In this document: positions 50,791 to 62,045 of the stretch, one piece after another | How positions within the stretch are numbered: the first letter of the stretch is position 1 | How the letters are laid out: each line of letters opens with the position of its first letter | Source: Takakia lepidozioides | Lineage: Eukaryota; Plantae; Bryophyta | NCBI GenBank assembly: GCA_030704615.1 | Contig: CM060733.1 | Coordinates: 19,716,001-19,780,000 of the forward strand | DNA: 64,000 bases | Direction of reading: 5' to 3' | The notes under the pieces: model-generated | Database searches by the model: none | What the model saw: only the letters and a program-made list of their open reading frames with translations | Told to the model about the DNA's origin: nothing | Translations under genes and position numbers: made by a program

Positions 50791-52042
50791 GAGCTGGAGC
50801 AAGAACATTGGCTCCCATTGCGAAGCGTATTCTTGCTCGAGTGTGCTCTGCCTCATCTTGCGAACGCAATTGGAGCAGTTACTCATTTATTCACAACAAG
50901 ATTCGCAACAGGTTGAATCCCGCGAGGGTTGACAAATTGGTGTATGTGTATATCAATTGCCGACTGCTACGTGAGAGGACAGCAGATGATGCTGCAGCAT
51001 GGTATAAGAAGAATTTGCATTCCGAAGACTCTGCTTTTGAGGCTGATTCGATGAGTGACGATACTGAGCCTCAAAGAGAATCATTTCAGAGAGAGAATCA
51101 TTTGCCTCCGATAGTGAAGATGAATCCGATGATGCTCCCGAAAATACGTATGACCCGTTTACATTCACAAAGGATAATGCTTATATCCAGCCGACCTTTG
51201 ATAACCTTCTTGAAGAAATGCGTATCGCAGATGAAGATGAAACTGCAATTGTGTCATCCCCAGAACATGGTCCTCAAAATGAAGTTGGGGTCGACCTTCG
51301 TTCCCCACTACACGCTGAAGCCACCGGTAGTGCCCCAATGGAGCTTAGGGGTGATGTATTGCCAGGACCGATCGATGTACGCAACCCTGTTCATACAAAC
51401 GATGGTGTCGAACCCATTGTACAGTCGAAGGGACGGGATCATGCCTCACCAATACGACCAGCTCCACCACAATACCAAAACCGATCCAGCTCCCCATCAA
51501 CACAACGGGCATTAAGGAGCAACAGGGTTGATCTGTTTTTCACACGCATGCATCATTCTGCTGCATTGGACCAGGTGGAAGTTGAAGCCTCGGATGAGGA
51601 CAACCTGCCACTACAATTTCACCTTAACCGACGTGTTGCGCAGCAGACCCGTGGTTCCTCACATGTCGAACCATCTAATGTCGGTCTTTCTCGGGCAGTC
51701 CCCCCTCCGATACCTCTTTCGAAACCACCTTCGATTGCGTCCCAAGTCCATAAACGACAGAGAATAGTCCAACCTTTTGTAGGCGATCGGCCCACAAACA
51801 GGTCAGATACCGTGGATGATATTCAAGACCGGAGTGGGAGTCGACCTCAGAGAGAACTAAATGTGGTTCGAGATCGTTTGCAGATTCAAAGGCCTGGATA
51901 TATGAGGTCGGATAGGGAGAACGATTCCAGCACTGATCATGGCAACGGTGGTAAAGTCGAGGGTGACCCGGATTTTCAACCCATCGGAGCATTAGGATTA
52001 GGATCTTCTTCGTCTCGCCGTCGAAGCAATAGAAGGAATTGA
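50791..52042 (+). pseudogene. hAT transposase C-terminal dimerisation domain plus long disordered tail
   Basis: AGARTLAPIAKRILARVCSASSCERNWSSYSFIHNKIRNRL...KLVYVYIN is the Dimer_Tnp_hAT signature and the segment missing after HEWWD at 8528. Confidence 0.93.
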
Positions 52043-52324
52043 AGCAAAATAGCTGTAGGCATGCATCAGCACTTTTTAGTGGACATGTTTATATTTATGT
52101 ACTGAAGTAATACCAATGTGATCATTGTCACTATGAGTATTTGTATTGTTGTTGTGTATGTGTTGGAAAATAAAAGATGTTGCCCATGTGTATACCAGCC
52201 AAAATGTCGGCCAAAGGCACCGTCACTTGCTCATGTTTGTATTCGGTGATTTGCTTGTGGAATGAAGAACAATTGTGTTATTCTTCCAACTGTGCATTCA
52301 TTTTTATTAAAATGGAGGTACTTC

Positions 52325-53730
52325 GAAGGTGGCGGTCGCTTCTACGAGGTCTGCCCTGCGTGTGGAGCGAGGAATGAGGAGGGGGGAAAGATATACATGG
52401 CGGTCGCTTTTATTTTATTTATTTTGGAAATAAAGCGACCGCCATTACTAGCGGTCGCTTTTAGTTTAATTGTTTTGGAAATGAAGCGACCGCCATTACT
52501 GGTGGTCACTTTTATTTTAATTATTTTGGAAATGAAGCGACCGCCGTTACTGGCAGTCATTTTTTTATTTTTCTGGAGCAAAATGGAGCGACCGCCATTT
52601 ATGGCGGTCGCTTTTATTTTAATTATTTTGAAAATAAAAATGGAGCGACCGCCAAGGTGGTCGCTTCTACGAAGTGTGCCCTGCGCATGGAGCGAGGAGT
52701 GAGGCGGGGGGAGGGGGGCATATAAGCTACGGCCCATTCTCCCCTCACTTCCGGTCGCTTGAAGTTTTTTTTTGTTTTTATAAATGCAGCAACCACCATT
52801 GTTGGCGGTCGTTTTTTTTCTTTTTGGCGAAATGGAGTGACCGCCATTTGTGGCGGTCGTTTTTTCTTTGTTTTTAAATGGAGCGACCGCCATGGTGGCG
52901 GTCGCTTTTACGAGGTCTGCCCTGCGCGTGGAGCGAGGAATGAGGCAGGGGGAGGGGGGGGGGGGGGGGGGGCATATAAGCCCCCAGTCATTCTCTCCTC
53001 ACTTCCATTACTGGCAGTTTTTGTTTTTACAAAATGCAGCGACCGCCATTTCTGGCGGTCGTTGTAATGGTTATTTTTTAAAATGCAGCGACCGCCGTTA
53101 TTGGCGGTCGTTTTTTTGTTTCTTGGAGGAAAATGGAGCGACCGCCATTTGTGGCGGTCGCATTTATTTTAATTATTTTGAAAATAAAATGAAACGACCG
53201 CCATTACTGACGATTGATTTTACTTAAATATTTTTTTAAATCAAGCGACCGCTATGACTGGCGGTCGCTTTTATTTTAATTGTCTTGAAAATCAAGCGAC
53301 TGCCATTGTTGGCGGTCGCTTTTATTTTAAAATGTTTTGAAAATGAAGCGACCACCTATGTTGGCGGTCGCTTATTTATTTTAAAGTTTTTGAAAATGAA
53401 GCGACTGCCTATGTTGGCGGTCGCTTATTTATTCTAAATGTTTTGAAAATGAAGCGACCGCCTATGTTGGCGGTTGCTTATTTATTTTAAATTTTTTGAA
53501 AATGAAGCGACTGTCTATGTTGGCGGTCGCTTATTTATTTTATTTCCGGATAATGGAGCGACCGCCTGTTCTGGCGGTCGCTTCTTTTTTTTTCCCTCGG
53601 AAAATGGAGCGACCGCCAGTTCTGGCGGTCGCTTATTTTTTTATTTTCCGAAAAAAAAATTCTTGGTAGTCATTTTTAGAATATTTGCCCTGCACGTGGC
53701 CCGAGGAATGGGGGGGGGGGATATAAGCCA
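52325..53730. repeat. Internal array of GCGACCGCC/GGCGGTCGC palindromes (~51-53 bp period), with 3-4 copies of a CTGCCCTGCG..TGGAGCGAGGAATGAGG..G-run..ATATAAG cassette
   Basis: Palindromes start at 53245, 53296, 53348, 53401, 53454, 53507, 53558 and 53609. The cassette occurs at ~52340, ~52665, ~52908 and, partially, ~53686. Confidence 0.92.
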
Positions 53731-54042
53731 AGGGAAGCTTATTCTCCCCTCACTTCCTCTCCACACAACTTCTGTGTGCGTGACATTTCATTATTCCACG
53801 ACACGTAGTCACGTGGAGAAGGAGGCCATTGGTTGGGTGGGGGGTATTTTTTGTCGCGATTTCTATAAGGTCGTTGCAGAATGCTCCCATAGGCCCTCCT
53901 CTGGTTTCCAGGATCATTTTATTCTACAAAATTAGCTTTTAGGAACTATTTTGACACCTACTCAAACCTACTTAACTGGGGGAGGGTTTAGAGTTACGTC
54001 TTTTTAGAAAAACCTCGTTTAGTGTTGTTTCGATTGTTGCAG

Positions 54043-55659
54043 AATGACAAAGGGTCAAGATGATGACCGTCATGGAAGAGATGACCCCAATGAACATGGA
54101 CCGCCCCCTAAGAAAATTCAAGGCAAGACTTGAATTGGGAAGTATATGGTGACCCTAGCATACTAGCAGAAGAGGGCTGGGACGATGTTCCGGAAGAGTT
54201 CCGGTGGCCGATGGCGAGATGCAAAAAATTCGTGAAATGGTACCACATCAATTGATTGTGACCTTTGGATAGGCATGACGTGCAAACCCGAAACAATTAC
54301 GCAGAGTCCATGTCTTGCACGAACTTGCATTTCCAGCATAGGGCGAATGAGGTGCATTGCACATTGTGGGGTCAACCTCTCTTAAAAGGTCAAATCCTGT
54401 ACATCTTGGCAGCCATGTTGTACGTGGAGATCATACTCTTGCGTCCAGTGAATTGACAAACTGCTAGTAGGAGGAACGCAAGGTTGCTATACGATTTGGA
54501 GTACATCCCGGACATGTTCGGAATACAACCGGTTGCACCGTTAAAGGAACAACTGGCGGAAAGAAACCAACGAATCAGGACCCTGCAGGACCGACTAGAC
54601 TGACAAACACTGCGCATAGCCGAGTTGGAAGCTACATTGCAAGACATGCCTCCAAACAATGAAGGCACTGTTGTCCACAATGATGATCGAAAAAACGTCA
54701 TGGACATGGACACGGAGTTTGCGATGCCCCATCGCAGTATTGACCTCATCATTCAGGAAATTACGGACGTTCTTGACCCTGTGGCCGATGAAACCATGGT
54801 TGAGGAACAACGAATTACGGATGGGAGAAGGAGGAAAGGAAAAGAACCAGTACTGGAAACCGGGGAATGCTCGAGGGTCGCCATTCAATCGGAGATGAAC
54901 CCGATATTAGATGTCGACCGCGTTACAAAGGAGCGGGACATTGTCATGGCAATTGCATGGCGCTTGTCCAAAACGCTGGAGATTCAGGCACGGGTCCCAT
55001 TGACTGGTGATTGGGAGAATTGGGTACAATGGGCGACCCATTTGGCCTCCAGAGAAGCACGGGTAGAGCGGGCACTGTCAGGCTTGCAACGTGTCGCACG
55101 CATGTCGAACCGTAGCGTGGATAGCATTTATGCCAACATGCAAATGTATAACGACCTCTGCATCGCATCAAGCGTGTTCGCCGGGTATACCAATTAGGCA
55201 GATGTGGATTCTATGTTCGATCGATGTGAGCACATAATTTCGGGGTCGAATAGAAGCATAAACTGGGAATTGGAGATAGAGGAATAGTGGGACACCACAA
55301 CAAGGATGACCAGCCTCATCAAACCGGCCCAGATGGAGGAGATACAATGAGGCGTTTTGCCGTCATGGATATCAAATGACACAGTTTGTTCGATGTGTAG
55401 GAATCCATACGGCCCAGAGGGATGTCATGTGCTTGGATCATGTGGACATATGTTCCATCTCATATGTCTTATCCCGCAAGCCCTGCGGACGAGCGCTTGC
55501 CCAGAATGTCGTACATCAATCCATCGCCGTTTCTATGAGTCGGTGGGCTTGGAGGATCGGATGCCCATAGATTTTGAATACAATCGACACACCCCCCTAT
55601 TGGATGGGCTACCATATACATTTCTCCACAAAAAGAGCTTCAAATGGCATACCATGTAA
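54043..55659 (+). pseudogene. hAT-borne gene with a coiled-coil region and a C-terminal RING-H2 finger (putative E3 ligase), with several stops
   Basis: CSMC...SCGHMFHLICL...ACPECR is a C3H2C3 RING. Coiled coil LKEQLAERNQRIRTLQDRLD*QTLRIAELEATLQ. Collinear ORF pieces are interrupted by stops. Confidence 0.75.
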
Positions 55660-56835
55660 CAGGTCCCAGTATAATCGAAGACGAAACCCCATTCATTCAA
55701 TGGGCGATTGAATGGTTGCCCATCCAAATGATTTTTGTTTGCTTTCAATCTTTACCACTATGTTCAACATACCATGTATCAGATCCTGAATTAATATCAG
55801 ATCAATCGAAATTCATTCAATGGCTCAACGGATGGTTGGCCATTGAAATGATTTTGGTTCGCTTTGAGACTTGGCCACTATGTTCAATGTGCCATGTAAG
55901 AGGCCCCAGAGTAATATGAGATCAATCGAAATTCGTTCGATGGGCCAACAGATGGTTGCCCATCCAAATTATTTTCGTTCGCTTTGAAACTTGGCCAGTG
56001 TGTTCAATGTACCATATGATACGTCCCAGTATAATACGAGATCAATCGAAAATCGTTCAATTGTCCAATGAGGCGTTAACTTGTCATCTGGTTTTTGTTC
56101 AATGCGAAAAAGAAATCTTGCAATGCGTGCACGACTATTGCACCCATTGAACGGATGTGGTTGAAGCCCTTTTTTTGCCCGCATGTGCTTGAACATGTGT
56201 GCCACACATGTGCGGAGACACAACAGACGAATAAATCATTTGCCTCCCCATCAACGCACTCCCCCCTCAAGTCATTCCACAATTTAATTGAATTTAAATT
56301 TATTTTAAGCCAATAAATAGGTTTGACTGCCTTTCAGTGGGGGTTTCTGGCACGTATCGATTTTGTTTTTGGCTCAATTTTGTTCTGCGGCTTTCAGCAT
56401 CCCACGACTATTCCCCTGCCAAAATTTGGACCAATCAAAAATGCCCCCAAAAAAGGTGGTCTCTTCGCTCACTATTGTAGAACTCTCTATAAAAAGTGCA
56501 TGAAGTAGAACACAAATCAAGTTTGGAACAGGGGAGAAACTGTGGATTTGGGTCCAAACGAATTTTGATTGCTCCCAAATTTGGCACGCATGTTGCATAT
56601 GGCTACATTACACGCCCCATCCAAGAACGGAATGAAAAAAAAATCGTGAGCACGCGAAACACAGTCCAACAGGTCCCAAAGCAATAGCAGCTCCAACATA
56701 ATACATTCAACGGGTGAACGGATGGTTGCCCATCCAAATCATTTTTGTTAGCTTCCAAACTTTGCCAGCACGTTTGAGACACCGTCTCACAGGTCCTCTG
56801 ATACGTCCCAGTGTAATATGAGATCAATCGAAATT
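55660..56835 (+). repeat. ~120-bp diverged tandem repeats (4 copies at 55660-56100, one more at ~56700-56835)
   Basis: GATCAATCGAAA at 55800, 55920, 56040 and 56822. ATGGTTGCCCATCCAAA recurs. Confidence 0.85.
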
Positions 56836-57563
56836 ACTTTGTGCTTTGAGAACTTTGTGGGTATGTTTGTATAAAGATCATAGATTTTGCGAAATGATTA
56901 TGAAATACGCAGGGACCAGGCGAAATTTGTTTGGAAGACGACCGTTCGTAACTTATTCGCGACTTGAAAGCACAAACACAAATAATCCGTGCAAACAATC
57001 TCAAGAATCATATGTACTGCAAGGTGTTTCATACTGCCGATGTTCATGTAGCTGAATTATTTAGGAATCGTTTTGCTACTCCCATGCCAACAACATCAGG
57101 TCCACTGCGACTGCCATATTCCGAATTCCGTATCAGCCACCACGGACATGAAACCAGGAACTTCACACAAAATCTCCAATTCATTCAATTTATGGTGGGC
57201 CATGGCTGCAGCCTGCAAGCTGGCCGGGGTGGCTGATACGTCTGTTTGAACATGACAGTCTCAGAGGACGTTGGCATGGGAATAGTAAAAAGAGTACTAC
57301 AGAATTCAGCTAGAGGAACAACAATAGCATAAAACACCTTACCGTAAATATGATTATTGACATTGGTATAAAAGAACCATTGTATCGCCATAAATCTCAT
57401 ATCTACGAGACTATGGTCTACTCCGTCATATATTCGGCTCAGGCCAATTGAATGGCTTGCCCATGAACCGAAGTACTACATGGGCTAATGTGACTATCTC
57501 ATTCTTGTTGTTGTCGTACAACCTTTGTAGCATTGAATGCCAACAACCTCCCGTAAATTGGTC

Positions 57564-58286
57564 CTAGAATATACTTTGATCATAATGAATGCCGCCATTT
57601 ATTCGTACCGCTATCTTCCCAACGGCAAAGGCCTCCGACGTCATGTCCTGGGGGGGGGGCCTGACATTCGTATTGAAAACCGATGCAAAATATTTTTCCA
57701 CCCACCATCTTTTTGCGAGTTCCCGGTCCAGCTTGTCTTGGTTTTCAAACTGGTACGGCGAGGCTTTGCGTATGCCCAATGGGGTAGCTAAGCCCCAATC
57801 ACATACCCCAATCTTGATCTCCTTGGTGCCATCTGGAAAATGCAACAAGATGTTGTCGGGGGACAAGTCGTTGTGCATGACACCGTTCTTGTGGACAACA
57901 TCCATGATGCACACCAGTGCCCATGCAAGTTTACTGCGCACTTTCCGCGTGGCGTCTTTTGCCCTGCTTTGGATCCACCTATTGAACTTCGGCTTGTCCC
58001 TGTCCGCCGTCCACTTAGCCCCTGCCAAAGCGTTTGTCATTTTCCTCTCCATATTTTGCTGAAAAATCTGAAACCCCTTCCATCCATGCCTAACATAAGC
58101 ACTCTCCAGCCTCATCATGTCTCTACCCTTGAAATAATCCACTACCACTTCTTTCACCCTATCCAAGGCATCCGGTCTCGGGTAGTCTGGCTTGTTGACC
58201 AGACTATCCCGCTCGTAGGCACGTTTTCTCTTCCTCCGCCACCCAGACGACCCCGCCCCAGAACTTGAATCCACAACCTCCGACAT
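57564..58286 (-). CDS. Protein kinase-like ORF (C-lobe only) carried by the hAT element
   Basis: VMHNDLSPDNILLHF (catalytic loop) and IGVCDWGLA (DFG equivalent). No Gly-loop or VAIK is visible, so the ORF is probably internally deleted. An NLS-like WRRKRKR is present. Confidence 0.7.
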   Translation of the reverse strand: MSEVVDSSSGAGSSGWRRKRKRAYERDSLVNKPDYPRPDALDRVKEVVVDYFKGRDMMRLESAYVRHGWKGFQIFQQNMERKMTNALAGAKWTADRDKPKFNRWIQSRAKDATRKVRSKLAWALVCIMDVVHKNGVMHNDLSPDNILLHFPDGTKEIKIGVCDWGLATPLGIRKASPYQFENQDKLDRELAKRWWVEKYFASVFNTNVRPPPQDMTSEAFAVGKIAVRINGGIHYDQSIF

Positions 58287-58869
58287 TGTATCAACCTTTG
58301 CCCACTACAGGATCCAAAACCTTAGAAAACGACAATGAACGCTTGTGGATGGTGTATTCGTAGTTTTCTACAAAAAAGCAGGCCGCCGGAGATCCGGAAA
58401 CGGCAAAATGGTGATACGATGATTGTACCGTGAACAAGTGTATGGGACTGACCAATAGAAAACCGACAAAACCTCCCCCCCCAAATAATCACAATTGCAC
58501 CTCTCGTTGGCAGTGCCAAGCAACGAAGTCCGAAAGGACTACAAGATGCCAAAGAACCGCACCACAAGAGGGGCAAAAGTGATCAGAAAAGGAGGGGGGA
58601 ATGGTTTATATAGGCGCCCACCAGCCCTCCCCCCACAAAAAAAAATGGCATTATGCTTGAAAAGGCGCGACTAGCCAGTCGCACCTCGCCACGCACACCC
58701 ACATGGGAGAGGTCAAGGGTTCAAAACCACCTCCCCTCATCCCATTTGTTTCGTTTTTCCTGACCCGTGGCACCTCGCCACGTGGTTGGCCGAGGTGCCG
58801 CTTCATGATTAAAAAGTAAAAACAAAACGCCACACGGCGGGTCCCTGGATTTCTAAGAAAAAAAAAAAC

Positions 58870-59215
58870 ACGCGACTGCCTGGCGGTCGCTATATTTATA
58901 AAAACAAGAAGAGCAACCGCCACATGGCCAATGTAGGCGGTCGCTTATTTTAAATGGGCGGTCGCTTCATTTAAAAATAAATAAATTACGGGTGACCGCC
59001 AATATGGGCGGTCGCTTCATTTAAAAATAAATAAATTACGGGTGACCGCCAATATGGGCGGTCGCTTCATTTAAAAATAAATAAATTACGGACGACCGCC
59101 AATACTGACGGTCGTTTAGTATAATATAATATTAAATTACAAAGCGACCGCCAATATGGGCGGTCGCTTTTATTAAAAATAATAAATTATATGCGACTGC
59201 CAATATAGGCAGACA
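58870..59215. repeat. Right subterminal GCGACCGCC/GGCGGTCGC array (50-bp near-perfect units)
   Basis: GGGCGGTCGCTTCATTTAAAAATAAATAAATTACGG at 58956, 59006 and 59056. Confidence 0.95.
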
Positions 59216-59411
59216 CATTTTTTTAAAAGAGTTAATAAATATTAATAATTGGCCACGTCTGTTTTACACCGTGGCTGCCATGTCATTACAAATGGTAGAA
59301 GTAAATCGTAAAAGTCAAATGTAAAAAAAATTACATGGATAAACATCCGGATTCGACGTGACGTGACGGCCGACGTGTTAGCGCCACGTCACGTCAGGAA
59401 TGATAACTAGG

Positions 59412-61215
59412 TTTCGAATGTCCAATGAAATTCTTTGATAAATTTTCATCAACGTATTCGCGTACAGCAACCAGCTCCGTCTGAGATAAATTGTAGATCG
59501 GGCCGAATGGTGGTTGAGCTCCTTCTTGCAACTCAATTGCACAATCATAAGATCAATGTTCTGGCAACATGTCAGCATTTTTCTTCTCGAAGACATCTTT
59601 GAAATCTTGATATTGAATGGATAATGTCGAAGTACCTTGGTTTGTTGTGGTTTTGAACGGAGTCGCATAAAGTGCAAATGTCGCGTCTTTCTTTGTAGCT
59701 CTCATGAAGGCTCTAGCTCCAAGAAACAGGGGTTGAACACCTTTGGTACTTTTGCATTTTTGTCTTGCCGAAATTTTTCGTGATCGCTAATCGATGTCAG
59801 GATTATGAAGTACAAACCAAGGAAGTCCAAAGATCACAGGATTCGTTGGAGACTGGATGACATTGAAAACAATCTATGATGCTTGATTTTTAAACTTCAC
59901 TTCAAGGGGTCGAGTTTCATGGTCAATATTTCTTGATGCTAACGGTCGTCCATCGATGATTTCAACAAGGGCCGAGAATTTCTTTCTTACGAGCGTTAAA
60001 TTGTGTTGCTTCGCAAAGTCTTTGTCAACAAAACACGCTGAAGTGCCCGAGTCCAAAAGCGCTTCTACGGAGATATCTCGATTTTGCATCCTGATCTTTA
60101 CTGGAACTGTAAAACAAGGTACAGGGTCTGGAGGTAGAAAGAGACATTTTTTTGGTGAGGAATTTGGGGTGTCCAGCCGCATGGTCCCTACTGTGACTGG
60201 ACATCTTCGTTTTCCGACTTCCTCGTATCGAACACTTGAATTGTGCCCCGAGCTTTGAATATTCTATTGTTGGGACAGTTTAATGCTATGTGATCATCTT
60301 CTCCGCAACAAAGGCATAATCCATTTGAGCGCCGTATTTGTTTTTCTTGTGGCGACAATGGCTTGAATCAGACAACATCAATCTGCATGTAATCATTACC
60401 GGATGTCTGATGGATCGTTGTGTTTGCTGCCGTAGTAACAGCGGCATGGTGCGTCGCGACCATCCATATTGTTTCTCTTGACGTCTTTCGAACAAACGAT
60501 TATCGCATGCAATGACTTGGGTGATGAATTCGCTCAGTGTACTCACGTTTGACATTGTCAACAACAAATCTTTTACATCCTCTTTTAGCCCACATCGAAA
60601 CTGACTAATGAGACTCTTTTCATTCCAGTCGAGGTCGCACGCAAGTTGTCGAAATTCGGCAGCATAAACGGAAGCTGGACGTGCTCCTTGTCGAAGATTT
60701 CGCATCTTTGTCTCCGCAACTCTCTCTCTATCATTCTCTCCAAACGTTGCAGTGAACTCGGACATGAACGCTTCAAAATTGTATAGTAAATGCGAATTTT
60801 TCTTTAATAGCGGTGCAAACCAAAATAGGGCAGTGCCTGATAAAAGGGTGCCCACAAATCCCACTTGAATACCTTCATCAAGGTAGCGTTGTGGATGTAG
60901 TCGTAGGAACAATCGTACTTGTTGAACAAAACCGCGAAATCTTAATCTCGTCCCATCAAATTTTTCGGGCATGTTGACCTTTGGTTCCTTTGTAATCTGT
61001 TGAAGATTTGGAGGAACTGTTGTAGTAGGATTCGTTGTAGTAGAGATTCGTAGGTTGAAGATCCATTGTTCGACTCTTTCAACTCTGAAATTTGTTGTTG
61101 CAAATTGTTGAGAGCGTTGTCAAGATCTTGAGACTGATCAGCTTGTAGTTGGGCAGTAGAGGCACGAAATTCTTGTATCTGGAGCTGAAGACTCTGCAAT
61201 GTGGCGACCATTTCC
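59412..61215 (-). pseudogene. Gypsy gag, protease and RT N-terminus (5' half of the split chromovirus)
   Basis: Gag: MPEKFDGTRLRFRGFVQQVRL...LLSGTALFWF. Protease: ALLDSGTSACFVD. RT start: REYVDENLSKNFIGHSK, which ends at the TSD. Confidence 0.93.
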
Positions 61216-61253
61216 GCAAATGTGCCTCTAATCTTAACTAATGAATGAACAAA

Positions 61254-61270
61254 CTTTAGTCTCGCCAAAC
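61254..61270 (-). promoter_or_regulatory. Self-priming primer-binding site
   Basis: Minus-strand TTGGCGAGACTAAAG is complementary (14/15) to CTTCAGTCTCGCCAA at 61540-61526, which lies 20-35 nt downstream of the LTR TATATATA (61567-61560). Confidence 0.75.
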
Positions 61271-61890
61271 TGTCAAGGACGAGAACATGACTGAACACAA
61301 ACAAGAGATCAGACTAGAGGTACAAGACTAGATAAGAAGTCAAGGTCGACGTGGCCGTATGTACGATGAGTAAATATGAATCAAGACGATCTTTATAACA
61401 ATAAACAAGAGTACAAGATATTGGAACACGACTTGAATACTGGAATGCTGGAAACTGGACTGGAGTACCAGATACTGGAAACTGGGCTAGAGTACTGGGA
61501 ACTGGAAACAATAGTAGCTTTGGTGTTGGCGAGACTGAAGAGTGTCCAGTCTCGCCTCCTATATATACTAGCTACTAAGAAGCTTCCCTAAGAAGTTTCC
61601 ACTATGGAGGTTTATTGTTGGAGAAGTTTCCAAGATTAAACAAAGGTTTCTTGATGGAAAAGCTTCCTTAAACAAAGGAGGTATCTTGATGGAGAAGTTT
61701 CCTCCAAAGGAAGCTTCCTGAGCAGTTTCCCAAGTTACTCTTGGTAATTTGGTAAACTCCCGATAACTTGGTAAGTAATAGTAAATCATGGTAGATCATG
61801 GTAAATCACGGTAAATCATGGTAACTTCCGCTAACATGGTAACTTCTGATATTTAGTCCTGGTAAGTTCTTCTGGGCTATGTCCGTGACA
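61271..61890 (-). mobile_element. 5' LTR (620 bp) of the Ty3/Gypsy chromovirus
   Basis: TGTCAAGGAC...GTCCGTGACA terminal inverted repeat (9/10). Matches 2035-2559. Confidence 0.95.
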
Positions 61891-61899
61891 ACTGCCCTT

Positions 61900-62045
61900 G
61901 TTTGATAGGTAGGTTGGTATTACTTAGTAGATTTATATTGGTTGATAGGTATGGTTTGTATTGTTTGATAAATAGGTTGGTATTGCTTGGTAGATTTATA
62001 TTGTTTGATAGGTAGGTTGGTATTACTTGTAGATTTATATTAGTT
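61900..62045. repeat. Short tandem repeat TTTGATAGGTAGGTTGGTATT
   Basis: Several copies are visible. A related tract occurs at ~1800-1845. Confidence 0.8.

Larger units (their letters stand above)
4836..59411 (+). mobile_element. hAT-bounded 54,576-bp unit inserted in the gypsy RT (native hAT ~12.3 kb plus a 42.3-kb internal block)
   Basis: TTTCGAAT occurs at 4828-4835 and 59412-59419 (8-bp TSD). Ends are CTCGGTTATCA and, as reverse complement, CCTAGTTATCA. Removing the unit restores RT ...NFIGHSK|[10 protein letters not shown]... The same GCGACCGCC/GGCGGTCGC arrays lie inside both ends, and a hAT transposase is encoded. Confidence 0.9.
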
